The notes under the pieces: model-generated
Seen by the model: only the letters and a program-made list of their open reading frames with translations
The model's database searches: none
What the model was told of the DNA's origin: nothing
Shown: one piece after another, positions 8,420 to 17,648 of the stretch
How the letters are laid out: each line of letters starts with the position of its first letter
How positions within the stretch are numbered: position 1 is the first letter of the stretch
Source: Gemmatimonadales bacterium
Lineage (GTDB): Bacteria > Gemmatimonadota > Gemmatimonadetes > Gemmatimonadales > GWC2-71-9
Direction: 5' to 3'
NCBI GenBank assembly: GCA_025924275.1
Contig: JAICEH010000001.1
Location: forward strand, 1 to 31,190
DNA length: 31,190 nucleotides
Translations under genes and position numbers: made by a program

Positions 8420-8449
8420 TTGCGCCGGGGTGACGCGGCTTCCTAGATT
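8420..8449 (+). promoter_or_regulatory. Candidate sigma70 promoter TTGCGC-N18-TAGATT for the aquaporin gene
   Basis: Motif and spacing; same TTG...TAnnnT pattern seen at three other intergenic sites in this window. Confidence 0.45.
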
Positions 8450-8493
8450 CGCGCCCGGCACCCAGCACCTCCTCCTTCCATCGGGACCTGCCC

Positions 8494-9177
8494 ATGCCTA
8501 CGCTCGTCCAGCGCCTCGCCGCCGAGGCGGTCGGGACCTTCGCCTTCGTGCTGATCGGCGCGGGGGTCGTCGTGACCACGGCATTCCCCGGCGCGGGATT
8601 CGGCCTGATCGGCATCGCCCTGGCGCACGCGCTCGCGCTCTCGGTGATGGTGACGGCCACCATGCGGATCTCCGGCGGCCACCTGAATCCCGCGGTCACC
8701 GCCGGCCTGCTGGCAGGCCGGCGGATCGCCCCGCGCGACGCGGCGCTCTACGTGGCCGCCCAGCTGGCCGGCGCGGTGGCGGCGGGCTTCCTGGTGAAGG
8801 CGCTCCTCCCCGGCGGGGCGGCGAGCGTGGTCGGGTACGGCGTGCCGGTCATCAACGGGCAGATCACCCTGGGGAAGGCCATCGCCATCGAGGCGGTGCT
8901 CACCTTCCTGCTGGTGACCGCGGTGTACGGCACGGCGGTCGCGAAGAACGCCCCCGCCGTCGGCGGCTTCGGCATCGGCCTCACCCTCTTCTTCACCATC
9001 CTGGTCGGCGGCCCGCTCACCGGCGCCGCGCTCAACCCGGCCCGCGCCTTCGGCCCCGCCGTCGTCGCCAACGCCTGGACCGGCCACGCGGCGTGGTGGA
9101 TCGGCCCCGTCCTCGGGGGCCTGGTGGCCGGGCTGCTGTGGGATCGGGTGCTGCTCAAGGGGGAGCGGGAGGCATAG
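8494..9177 (+). CDS. MIP/aquaporin family channel
   Basis: Two NPA boxes (GGHLNPAVT, GAALNPARAFGP) and about six hydrophobic segments. Confidence 0.95.
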   Translation: MPTLVQRLAAEAVGTFAFVLIGAGVVVTTAFPGAGFGLIGIALAHALALSVMVTATMRISGGHLNPAVTAGLLAGRRIAPRDAALYVAAQLAGAVAAGFLVKALLPGGAASVVGYGVPVINGQITLGKAIAIEAVLTFLLVTAVYGTAVAKNAPAVGGFGIGLTLFFTILVGGPLTGAALNPARAFGPAVVANAWTGHAAWWIGPVLGGLVAGLLWDRVLLKGEREA

Positions 9178-9187
9178 GGGGGCGCTC

Positions 9188-9322
9188 GTCGCTGATCGCT
9201 GTTCGCTGTTCGCTGGGCGGTGAACGAGAGAACGGCCTTCCCGGATGGGAGGGCCGTTCTTTCATCGAGCGATCAACGAACAGCGAACAGCGAACAGCGA
9301 ATGGCGAACAGCGATCAGCGAC
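9188..9322. repeat. Inverted heptamer repeats (GTTCGCT / AGCGAAC) with a perfect 19-bp outer inverted repeat (9188-9206 / 9304-9322)
   Basis: Direct reading; brackets an inner hairpin between convergent genes. Confidence 0.9.
9228..9264. terminator. Probable bidirectional intrinsic terminator
   Basis: About 14-bp stem AGAACGGCCTTCCC / GGGAGGGCCGTTCT with GGAT loop and pyrimidine tails on both strands, between convergent aquaporin and ccmD. Confidence 0.6.
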
Positions 9323-9419
9323 TCCTCACCCACAGGCTCACCGCATACCCCAGCAGGATCACCGCCGTCACCACGTACGCCGCCACCATGTAGGGGGCGT
9401 TCTGCGGCATCTCAGGCAT
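9315..9419 (-). CDS. ccmD: CcmD-like small membrane protein (34 aa, below the ORF-track cutoff)
   Basis: MPEMPQNAPYMVAAYVVTAVILLGYAVSLWVRSR*: single TM helix, Y..AY motif, basic tail; overlaps the ccmC stop (alternative ATG at 9410). Confidence 0.75.
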   Translation of the reverse strand: MPEMPQNAPYMVAAYVVTAVILLGYAVSLWVRSR

Positions 9420-10110
9420 CGTCGGCCTCCCGGAGAAGGGCCGCGCGGCGGAGGCCGATCCCGTAGCGCAGGGTCACGAAGCCGAGGTAGAGGACGGTGT
9501 AGGTGCCCATCGAGACCAGCAGGGTGCGGAGCATCGCCGGCGGCAGCGAGGGTCGGCTCGGCTTGAGCAGGATCGGCTGCGGGTGGAGGGTCCGGAAGAG
9601 GTAGACGCTCAGGTGGATGAACGGCACCAGCACCAGGGCCATGATACCGAGGACCGCGCTGAACCGCGCCCGCTCCACCGGGTCGCGCACCGCCGCCCGG
9701 AGCGTGAGGTAGCCGAGGAACAGCAGGAAGAGGAAGAGCGTGAGCGTGAGCCGCGCGTCCCAGGTCCACCAGGTGCCCCAGATCGGCTTCCCCCAGATCG
9801 GCCCGGTCGTGAGCATCACCGCGGAGAACGCGAGTCCCACCTCCGCGCTCGCTTCCGCGAAGAGGTCGAGCCGCGGGTCGTGCAGCCAGAGGTAGAGGAG
9901 GCTGGCGATCCCCACCAGCACGAACGCGATGAGCGCCCCCCACGCCGCCGGCGCGTGGACGTAGAAGATCTTCTGCGCCAGGCCCTGGCGTGCCTCGACC
10001 GGGGTGTGGGCCAGCGCGAGCAGGTACACCACCGCCATCCCGAGGAGGCCGAGGACGGTGAGCAGGCGGCCGGCCCGGATGATCGGGCCGGCGGCGGGCA
10101 GCGGGGTCAT
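9412..10110 (-). CDS. ccmC: Heme exporter / cytochrome c maturation protein CcmC
   Basis: WWD domain WGKPIWGTWWTWDARLT, IFYVHAP and LHP His ligands; ATGA overlap with ccmB. Confidence 0.95.
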   Translation of the reverse strand: MTPLPAAGPIIRAGRLLTVLGLLGMAVVYLLALAHTPVEARQGLAQKIFYVHAPAAWGALIAFVLVGIASLLYLWLHDPRLDLFAEASAEVGLAFSAVMLTTGPIWGKPIWGTWWTWDARLTLTLFLFLLFLGYLTLRAAVRDPVERARFSAVLGIMALVLVPFIHLSVYLFRTLHPQPILLKPSRPSLPPAMLRTLLVSMGTYTVLYLGFVTLRYGIGLRRAALLREADDA

Positions 10111-10787
10111 TCGTCCACCACGGCGGAGAAAGCCAGCGTGCACAGCGTGACGAACACCACGTCGTAGGTCCCGAGGAGCCTAAGCCACCCCAGGACCTCG
10201 GTCAACGGACGGCCGCCCAGCAGCCGGGCCGTCACCTGCACCGCGCCGATCAGGGGCGGCACCATGAAGGGCAGGATCAGCACCGGGAGCATCAGCTCGG
10301 CGAACCGGGTGCGCACCACCATCGCGCTCAGGATGGTGCCCACCGCCACGAAGCCGATGGTCGCGAGCACCAGCGTCAGCACCACCCCGGGCAGCGCCGG
10401 GCCGAGCGGGACGTTGAAGAAGAGCACGAAGAGCGGGAGGGTGAGGGCTTCCACCAGGCCCACGAACGCGAGGTTGGCGAGGAACTTCCCCCAGTAGATC
10501 GCCCCCCGCGGCACCGGCGCCAGCAGCAGCGCGTCGATGGCCCCCTGCTCCTTCTCGATGATGAACGCCCGGTTCATCGCGACCACCGCCCCGAACGCCA
10601 CCGTGATCCAGAGCGCGCTGGGCGCGAGGTCGGTGGTGGAGATGAGCGACTGGTCCCGCGAGAAGTTGAACACCAGCAGGGTGAGCACCGCGAACACGAA
10701 CGCGGAGAGGAGTCCCGTCCGGGTCCGGAACTCGAGCCGGAGGTCCTTGCCGGCGATCGCGAGCGCGGAGCGGACCGCCTCAGGCAT
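10107..10787 (-). CDS. ccmB: Heme exporter permease CcmB
   Basis: KDLRLEFRTR, LLPVLILPFMVPPLI; lies between ccmA and ccmC. Confidence 0.93.
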   Translation of the reverse strand: MPEAVRSALAIAGKDLRLEFRTRTGLLSAFVFAVLTLLVFNFSRDQSLISTTDLAPSALWITVAFGAVVAMNRAFIIEKEQGAIDALLLAPVPRGAIYWGKFLANLAFVGLVEALTLPLFVLFFNVPLGPALPGVVLTLVLATIGFVAVGTILSAMVVRTRFAELMLPVLILPFMVPPLIGAVQVTARLLGGRPLTEVLGWLRLLGTYDVVFVTLCTLAFSAVVDE

Positions 10788-11490
10788 CCACCAGCTCCTG
10801 GTAGCCGGCGAGGAACTCCTCGAGCGAGGCCGGCCGGGGGCCGAGCTGCGCCCACTGCCCCCGGGCCAGCACCCCCACGTGCGTGGCGAAGCCCCAGGCC
10901 TCGGCGAGGTGGTGCGTGACGATCACCAGCCCGCGGCCGGCGGCGCGCTGGGCGGCGAGGAACCCGCGGAGCCGGGCCGCCGAGGGCACGTCGAGGCCGG
11001 TGAAGGGCTCGTCCAGGAGGAGGATGTCCGGCTCGTGCAGCAGCGCCCGCGCGATGGCCACCCGCTGCAGCATCCCGCGCGAGAGCTGCCGCACCGGGTC
11101 GTCGGCCCGGGCCGCGAGCCCGGCCTCCTCCAGCGCCCGGGACGCCCGGGCCGCGAGGTCGCCCAGTCCGTACAGCCGGCCGGTGAAGTGCAGGTTCTCG
11201 CGCGCGGTGAGGTCGTCGTACAGGAAGGACTGGTGGGAGAGCAGGCCCACCCGGCGGCGCGCCGCGGGGTCGCGGGGCGTGCGCCCGTCGGCCAGCCGGA
11301 CCTCCCCCGTCGTGGGCCGCATCAGCCCCGCGAGGATCCGGAGGAGCGTCGTCTTCCCCGCGCCGTTCGGCCCCGCCACTGCCACCGCCTCCCCCGGGCC
11401 GAGCCGCAGGTCCACGCCGCGCAGCGCCCGCTGGGCGCCGAAGGCGCGGGTGATGCCGCGGGCCTCGAGCAGCGGGGCCTCAGGCGGCAT
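10780..11490 (-). CDS. ccmA: Heme ABC exporter ATPase CcmA
   Basis: Walker A GPNGAGKT, LSRGMLQR signature, LLLDEPFTGLD; operon context. Confidence 0.92.
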   Translation of the reverse strand: MPPEAPLLEARGITRAFGAQRALRGVDLRLGPGEAVAVAGPNGAGKTTLLRILAGLMRPTTGEVRLADGRTPRDPAARRRVGLLSHQSFLYDDLTARENLHFTGRLYGLGDLAARASRALEEAGLAARADDPVRQLSRGMLQRVAIARALLHEPDILLLDEPFTGLDVPSAARLRGFLAAQRAAGRGLVIVTHHLAEAWGFATHVGVLARGQWAQLGPRPASLEEFLAGYQELVDA

Positions 11491-11839
11491 CGATGCGCGC
11501 GGCCAGGTCGTCGAGGTCGAACGGCTTGAGGAGGTAGCCCACGTAGGGCAGGCCGAGCACCGCGAGCTGGGGCTCGATGCTGGCGTAGGCGGTGGTCACG
11601 ATCACCGGAAGCCCCGGCCGGCGCGCCACGATCTGCCGGAGCAGGGCCACGCCGTCGGTGTCCGGGAGGCGCATGTCCAGCACCAGCACGTCGGGCCGCT
11701 GCGCCTCGAGCTGCGCCAGGCCCTCCCCCCCGGTGGCGGCGAACGCCATCCGGTAGCGCCCCGCGAAGTAGCGCTCGTAGCTGATGCGGAGCGCCGGCTC
11801 GTCCTCGACGAAGAGGACCCGGCGGGCGGGGTCGGGCAT
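11480..11839 (-). CDS. Single-domain response regulator (receiver, CheY-like)
   Basis: VLFVEDE, LVLDMRLPDTDG (phospho-Asp), T, YLLKPF; no output domain; overlaps the ccmA start by 11 nt. Confidence 0.93.
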   Translation of the reverse strand: MPDPARRVLFVEDEPALRISYERYFAGRYRMAFAATGGEGLAQLEAQRPDVLVLDMRLPDTDGVALLRQIVARRPGLPVIVTTAYASIEPQLAVLGLPYVGYLLKPFDLDDLAARIDAA

Positions 11840-11845
11840 GGGGGA

Positions 11846-11851
11846 AGCATA
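11846..11851 (-). promoter_or_regulatory. Candidate -10 box TATGCT 6 nt upstream of the receiver ATG (possible leaderless internal promoter)
   Basis: TATGCT-TCCCCC-ATG on the minus strand; no SD; weak -35. Confidence 0.4.
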
Positions 11852-11882
11852 CCGCCGCCCCGGCCCGGGCGCACGCCCGCGT

Positions 11883-12188
11883 TCAGCCCTCGAACTCGAA
11901 CAGGTCGTCCAGCTTCGTCAGCACCAGGAGGAAGCGCAGCTCCTCGCTGGTCGCCCGGAGCGCCACCCGCAGGCGCCGCTCCGCGGCGCGGCGCTGCACC
12001 AGCATCAGGGCGCCCAGGCCGGCGGAGTCCACGTGCCGGGTGCGGGCGAGGTTGATCACCAGGCGGCCGCTGCCCTCGGGCAGCGTGTCGAGCAGGTCGA
12101 GTCCGGCCTGGCGGAACGTGGCGCGCGTCTCGAGCCCGAGGCTCGGGGGCGCCTGGAGCTCGCGCTCCGTAAGTTGGGTGGTGACCAT
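11883..12188 (-). CDS. STAS-domain anti-sigma-factor antagonist (SpoIIAA/RsbV-like)
   Basis: LVINLARTRHVDSAGLGALM with phosphorylatable DSAG serine, LTKLDDLF; GGAGG 6 nt before ATG 12188. Confidence 0.92.
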   Translation of the reverse strand: MVTTQLTERELQAPPSLGLETRATFRQAGLDLLDTLPEGSGRLVINLARTRHVDSAGLGALMLVQRRAAERRLRVALRATSEELRFLLVLTKLDDLFEFEG

Positions 12189-12280
12189 CGCATCCTCCGC
12201 TGTGGTCACCCGACAAGACAAGAGCGCAGCGCTTCGCCACGCCCTGCCGGTCGAAGTCGCCGCGCTCGTCGCGCGCTCTT

Positions 12281-12380
12281 CCACCTTCGGCACCGAGCTA
12301 TCTCATCGCCGGCTGAGCCGGTCGCTGAGACCTCTAGTTTTGCGGCCCCGGGTCGCCCCGGGTGTGCTCTTATCGGGCGG
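12281..12380 (-). ncRNA. GEMM-I (c-di-GMP-I class) riboswitch aptamer with A20, candidate 3',3'-cGAMP sensor
   Basis: Minus strand CCGCCCG-AUAAGA-GC-ACA-CCCGGG-GCGA-CCCGGG-GCCGC-AAA-ACUAGAG-GUCUCA...UGAGAU-AG-CUCGGU-GCCGAAGGUGG. Aligns by eye to the V. cholerae Vc2 aptamer (G21-C46, GNRA loop, C44, A47-A49, C92, G14-C93), apart from a longer P3 tip and a 1-nt shorter 3' strand. Confidence 0.88.
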
Positions 12381-12396
12381 TCGGTTCAGTTGTCGT

Positions 12397-12416
12397 GGAG
12401 GCCCCTCTTGGCCTCC
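12397..12416 (-). other. 7-bp hairpin GGAGGCC-AAGAGG-GGCCUCC at the predicted 5' end of the riboswitch transcript
   Basis: Perfect inverted repeat directly after the predicted sigma54 start site. Confidence 0.6.
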
Positions 12417-12428
12417 GCCTGCCGGAGA

Positions 12429-12444
12429 AGCGAGAGCGGTGCCA
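12429..12444 (-). promoter_or_regulatory. Sigma54 (RpoN) promoter TGGCAC-CGCTC-TCGCT
   Basis: GG-N10-GC spacing, one mismatch to TGGCAC-N5-TTGCW; predicted start near 12418, about 38 nt before the aptamer. Confidence 0.65.
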
Positions 12445-12543
12445 GCGCCGGGAGGTGGGCCCGGCGCAACGACTTCCGGGACTGCCGCGACACCGTCCCG
12501 AGCCCCGGGACGCACTGCGGAACGCCGGGAGGGGGGCGGAAAA

Positions 12544-12675
12544 CGGGGAGCGGGGAGCAGGGAGCGGGGAGCGGGTCGGCGGTCGACGGCGTTGGCGCGC
12601 CATCCGGTTCCGAGGTAGTCTAGGGGAAGTTGATTGGAGCACACCCGCTCCCCGCTCCCCGTTCCCCGCTCCCCG
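12544..12675. repeat. Inverted heptamer arrays (GGGGAGC / GCTCCCC): 33-bp arms 12544-12576 and 12643-12675, two differences
   Basis: Direct reading; 66-nt spacer; the right arm ends 2 nt before the acs ATG. Confidence 0.92.
12592..12621 (+). promoter_or_regulatory. Candidate sigma70 promoter TTGGCG-N18-TAGTCT for acs
   Basis: Motif and spacing; lies inside the spacer of the inverted repeat. Confidence 0.45.
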
Positions 12676-12677
12676 CC

Positions 12678-14630
<1,953 letters not shown>

Positions 14631-14637
14631 GTCGCGG

Positions 14638-16524
14638 CTAGAACTGGATCTGCGCCCCCAGCTCCACCACCCGCCCCGGGGGCAGCCCGAAGAATGCCGT
14701 GGCCGAGCGGGCGTTGCGGGTGAGGATGGCGAAGATCCGCTTCCGCCAGCGCGCCATCGTGCGCCGCGGCGTGATGATGAGCGTCTCCCGCCCGAGGTAG
14801 AAGCTGGTTTCCGGCAGCTTCACCTCGAGCCCGTGCTCGGTCAGGCTCCGCAGCAGCGCCGGCACGTCCGGCGTCTCCATGAACCCGTACCGCGCCACCA
14901 CCTGGTGGAACCCCTGCCCCAGGTCCCGGAGCGACTCGCGGTCGGCCTCCGGCACCCGCGGCACCGCCTCGGTCATCACCGACATCAGCAGCACCCGCTC
15001 GTGGAGCACCTTGTTGTGCTTGAGGTGATGCAGCATCACGGCCGGGATCCCCTCCGGGTCCCCGGTCATGAACACCGCGGTGCCCGGCACCCGGGTGGGC
15101 GGGTTCCGGCGGATGTCCTCCAGGAAGAGGTCCACCGGGAGCGTGTTGCGCCGCATGATGTCGGCGAGCAGCGCGCGGCCGCGCTTCCAGGTGGCCATCA
15201 GGGTGAAGGCGCCCGCCGCGATCACCAGCGGGAACCAGCCGCCGTCCGGGATCTTGTGGATGTTCGCCGCGAAGAGCGGGACGTCCACTGCCAGGAAGAG
15301 CAGCGTGATGCCTCCCGCGGCCGCGGCCCCCCAGCCCCAGGTGACCCGCATCAGCCGGTGGAAGAGGAGGGCCGTGATCACCATCGTGAGGGTCACCGCG
15401 ATCCCGTACGCCGCCGCCAGGTCCCCGGAGGTGCGGAAGCCCGCGACCAGCGCGAGGCAGCCGACGGCCAGCGCCCGGTTCACTTCCGGCATGTAGATCT
15501 GCCCGTACTGGGTCTCGGAGGTGTGCACCACGGTGAGCCGGGGACAGAGCCCGAGCTGGATCGCCTGCCGGGTGAGGGAGTAGGCGCCGGAGATGAGCGC
15601 CTGCGAGGCCACGATCGCCGCGAGGGTGCCGATCGCGATCATCGGGTAGAGCGCCCAGCGCGGGGCCAGCGCGAAGAAGGGGTTTCGCACCGCCTCGGGG
15701 TGCTCCAGCAGCCACGCCCCCTGCCCGAAGTAGTTGAGCAGCAGCGCCGGCAGCACCGCGCCGAACCAGGCCAGCCGGATCGGCCGGCGGCCGAAGTGGC
15801 CCATGTCGGCGTAGAGGGCCTCGCCGCCGGTCACCACCAGCACCACGGCGCCGAGCACCACGAATCCCGCCATCCCGTGCTCGGCGAAGAAGCGCACCGC
15901 GTGGCCCGGCCACACCGCGCCGAGGACCCCCGGGTGGGCCACGATGCCGCGGATGCCGAGCAGCGCGATCGCGACGAACCAGACCGCCGTGATCGGACCG
16001 AAGAGCCGGCCCACGCGTTCGGTGCCCCGCTTCTGCATCCAGAACAGCAGCACCAGCACCCCGGCCGCGAGCCAGGGAACCAGCGGCGCGATGCCCGGGG
16101 TCGCCAGCTCGAGGCCCTCCATCGCGCCGAGCACCGAGATGGCCGGCGTGATGAGGCCGTCCCCGTAGAGCAGCGCCGCGCCGAAGAGACCCGCCGCCGT
16201 CACCGCCCCGAGCCGGCCCCGGTGCGACTCGGGCCCCACCAGCGCGAGCAGGGCCAGGATGCCGCCCTCCCCGTGGTTGTCGGCCCGGAGGATGAACCCG
16301 ATGTACTTGACCGAGATGACCAGCGTCAGCGCCCAGAAGACCAGCGACAGCACCCCGAGCACGTCGGCCGGGTTGGGCGCCAGGCCGATGTGGCCCGAGA
16401 ACGCCTCCTTGAGCGCGTAGAGGGGACTGGTGCCGATGTCGCCGTAGACCACCCCGAGCGCGCCGAACGACAGCGCGGCCAGCGCTCGGCCGCGCGGGGC
16501 GGCGGCGCCGGGGGGCGCGCTCAC
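14638..16524 (-). CDS. kup: Potassium uptake transporter Kup
   Basis: GVVYGDIGTSPLYA, DNHGEGG, GGEALYADMGHFG, HTSETQYGQIYMP, YGFME, VVELGAQ. Confidence 0.97.
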   Translation of the reverse strand: MSAPPGAAAPRGRALAALSFGALGVVYGDIGTSPLYALKEAFSGHIGLAPNPADVLGVLSLVFWALTLVISVKYIGFILRADNHGEGGILALLALVGPESHRGRLGAVTAAGLFGAALLYGDGLITPAISVLGAMEGLELATPGIAPLVPWLAAGVLVLLFWMQKRGTERVGRLFGPITAVWFVAIALLGIRGIVAHPGVLGAVWPGHAVRFFAEHGMAGFVVLGAVVLVVTGGEALYADMGHFGRRPIRLAWFGAVLPALLLNYFGQGAWLLEHPEAVRNPFFALAPRWALYPMIAIGTLAAIVASQALISGAYSLTRQAIQLGLCPRLTVVHTSETQYGQIYMPEVNRALAVGCLALVAGFRTSGDLAAAYGIAVTLTMVITALLFHRLMRVTWGWGAAAAGGITLLFLAVDVPLFAANIHKIPDGGWFPLVIAAGAFTLMATWKRGRALLADIMRRNTLPVDLFLEDIRRNPPTRVPGTAVFMTGDPEGIPAVMLHHLKHNKVLHERVLLMSVMTEAVPRVPEADRESLRDLGQGFHQVVARYGFMETPDVPALLRSLTEHGLEVKLPETSFYLGRETLIITPRRTMARWRKRIFAILTRNARSATAFFGLPPGRVVELGAQIQF

Positions 16525-16537
16525 GCGGCGGCGCGCA

Positions 16538-17242
16538 TCAAGGCGTGGCGGGCGCGGTCGGCGCCGGGGGCGCGGCGGGAGCCAGCGAGTCCGCGAGTGC
16601 GCGGAGCCGGTCGTAGGGCTGGTTCCCCGGGTAGAGCTTGCCCCCGATGAGGAAGGTCGGCGTCGAGTTGACCCCGAGCCGGCTCCCCTCGAGGTAGCTC
16701 GCCTCGATCCGCCCGGCGTGGCGCTGGCTGTCCATGCAGTCGTTCCACGCGCCCACGTCCAGCCCCAGGGCGCGTGCCATCCCGCGGAAGGCGCCGGTCG
16801 GGTTGCCCGGCCGGGCCCATTGGGCCTGGGCCTGGAAGATCGCGTCCTGCATCTCCCAGAACCGGCCCTGGTCGGCGGCGCAGGCCGCCGCGTGGGCGGC
16901 GGTGCGCGAGTGCGGGTTGTTCTGCAGCGGGAAGTCGCGGAACACCCAGCGGACGCGGCCCGCGTCCACCAGCCGGCTCCGCACGTCGGGGAACTGCACC
17001 GCGCTGAACGCGGCGCAGTGCGGGCAGGTGTAGTCGGCGTACTCGACGATCTCCACCGGGGCCGCGTCGGAGCCGAGCACGTAGCCGCGGAAGCCGGCGG
17101 TGTCCGCCGGGAGCAGCGCCGCGTCCACCGGGGTGCCCGCGGTGCCGCGCCGGGTGCTCTGCCACAGCGCCAGCCCGCCCGCCGCCGCGATGGCCACGAG
17201 CACCATCAGGAACCTGCCCGAGCCGCCCGCCTTCGCCGCCAT
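16538..17242 (-). CDS. Membrane-anchored DsbA/thioredoxin-fold protein
   Basis: N-terminal TM helix, GSDAAPVEIVEYADYTCPHC, FRDFPL, GVNSTPTF cis-Pro loop; TGATG overlap. Confidence 0.9.
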   Translation of the reverse strand: MAAKAGGSGRFLMVLVAIAAAGGLALWQSTRRGTAGTPVDAALLPADTAGFRGYVLGSDAAPVEIVEYADYTCPHCAAFSAVQFPDVRSRLVDAGRVRWVFRDFPLQNNPHSRTAAHAAACAADQGRFWEMQDAIFQAQAQWARPGNPTGAFRGMARALGLDVGAWNDCMDSQRHAGRIEASYLEGSRLGVNSTPTFLIGGKLYPGNQPYDRLRALADSLAPAAPPAPTAPATP

Positions 17243-17526
17243 CAGTCCTCCTCCGCGTCGTCGTCGAGGAAGGAGACCTCCGAACGCCGCGCCTCGTCCA
17301 CCAGCCGGCGCGACTCGGCGATCTCCGGGGTGTCGTACGTGATGCGCACCTCGTAGTGGAACAGCTCCGAGCGCACGTCGCCCAGCAGCTTGAGCAGCTC
17401 CGGCGCCCCCTGCAGCAGGGCGCCCCGCCGGTCCAGCTCGGCGATCCGTCGCGCCACCTCCCGCAGCAGCTCCTCGAGCCGCCGGGCGCGGTCCGCCCCG
17501 TAGATCTGCTCGTGGTCGTCGCTCAT
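17242..17526 (-). CDS. Hypothetical helical protein (94 aa, acidic tail)
   Basis: ATG 17526; plausible protein composition; stop coupled to the DsbA-like gene. Confidence 0.7.
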   Translation of the reverse strand: MSDDHEQIYGADRARRLEELLREVARRIAELDRRGALLQGAPELLKLLGDVRSELFHYEVRITYDTPEIAESRRLVDEARRSEVSFLDDDAEED

Positions 17527-17578
17527 CCGGTGCCGTCCCGACCCAAATGTACATCGCCCCCGCCGGCGCGGGCCCCGA

Positions 17579-17607
17579 TTGCCGCGAAGGCCCATCAAGT
17601 CTATATT
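17579..17607 (+). promoter_or_regulatory. Candidate sigma70 promoter TTGCCG-N17-TATATT
   Basis: Good -10, 17-nt spacer, in the divergent intergenic region. Confidence 0.55.
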
Positions 17608-17648
17608 GGGGGCGCAGTTGCAGGCACGGTCTCCCACAAGGACGCTAG

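Noticed and set aside
11883-12293. ORF-track start of the STAS gene at 12293 (GTG)
   Set aside because: It lies inside the riboswitch 3' strand; ATG 12188 has a GGAGG SD and gives a typical 101-aa STAS protein.
2045-12675. Repeat arrays as CRISPR or transposon ends
   Set aside because: Units are 7-8 nt with no unique spacers, no cas or transposase genes, and no target-site duplications seen.
16524-17648. c-di-AMP (ydaO) riboswitch ahead of kup
   Set aside because: kup follows the DsbA-like gene after only 13 nt; no ydaO consensus seen upstream of the unit.
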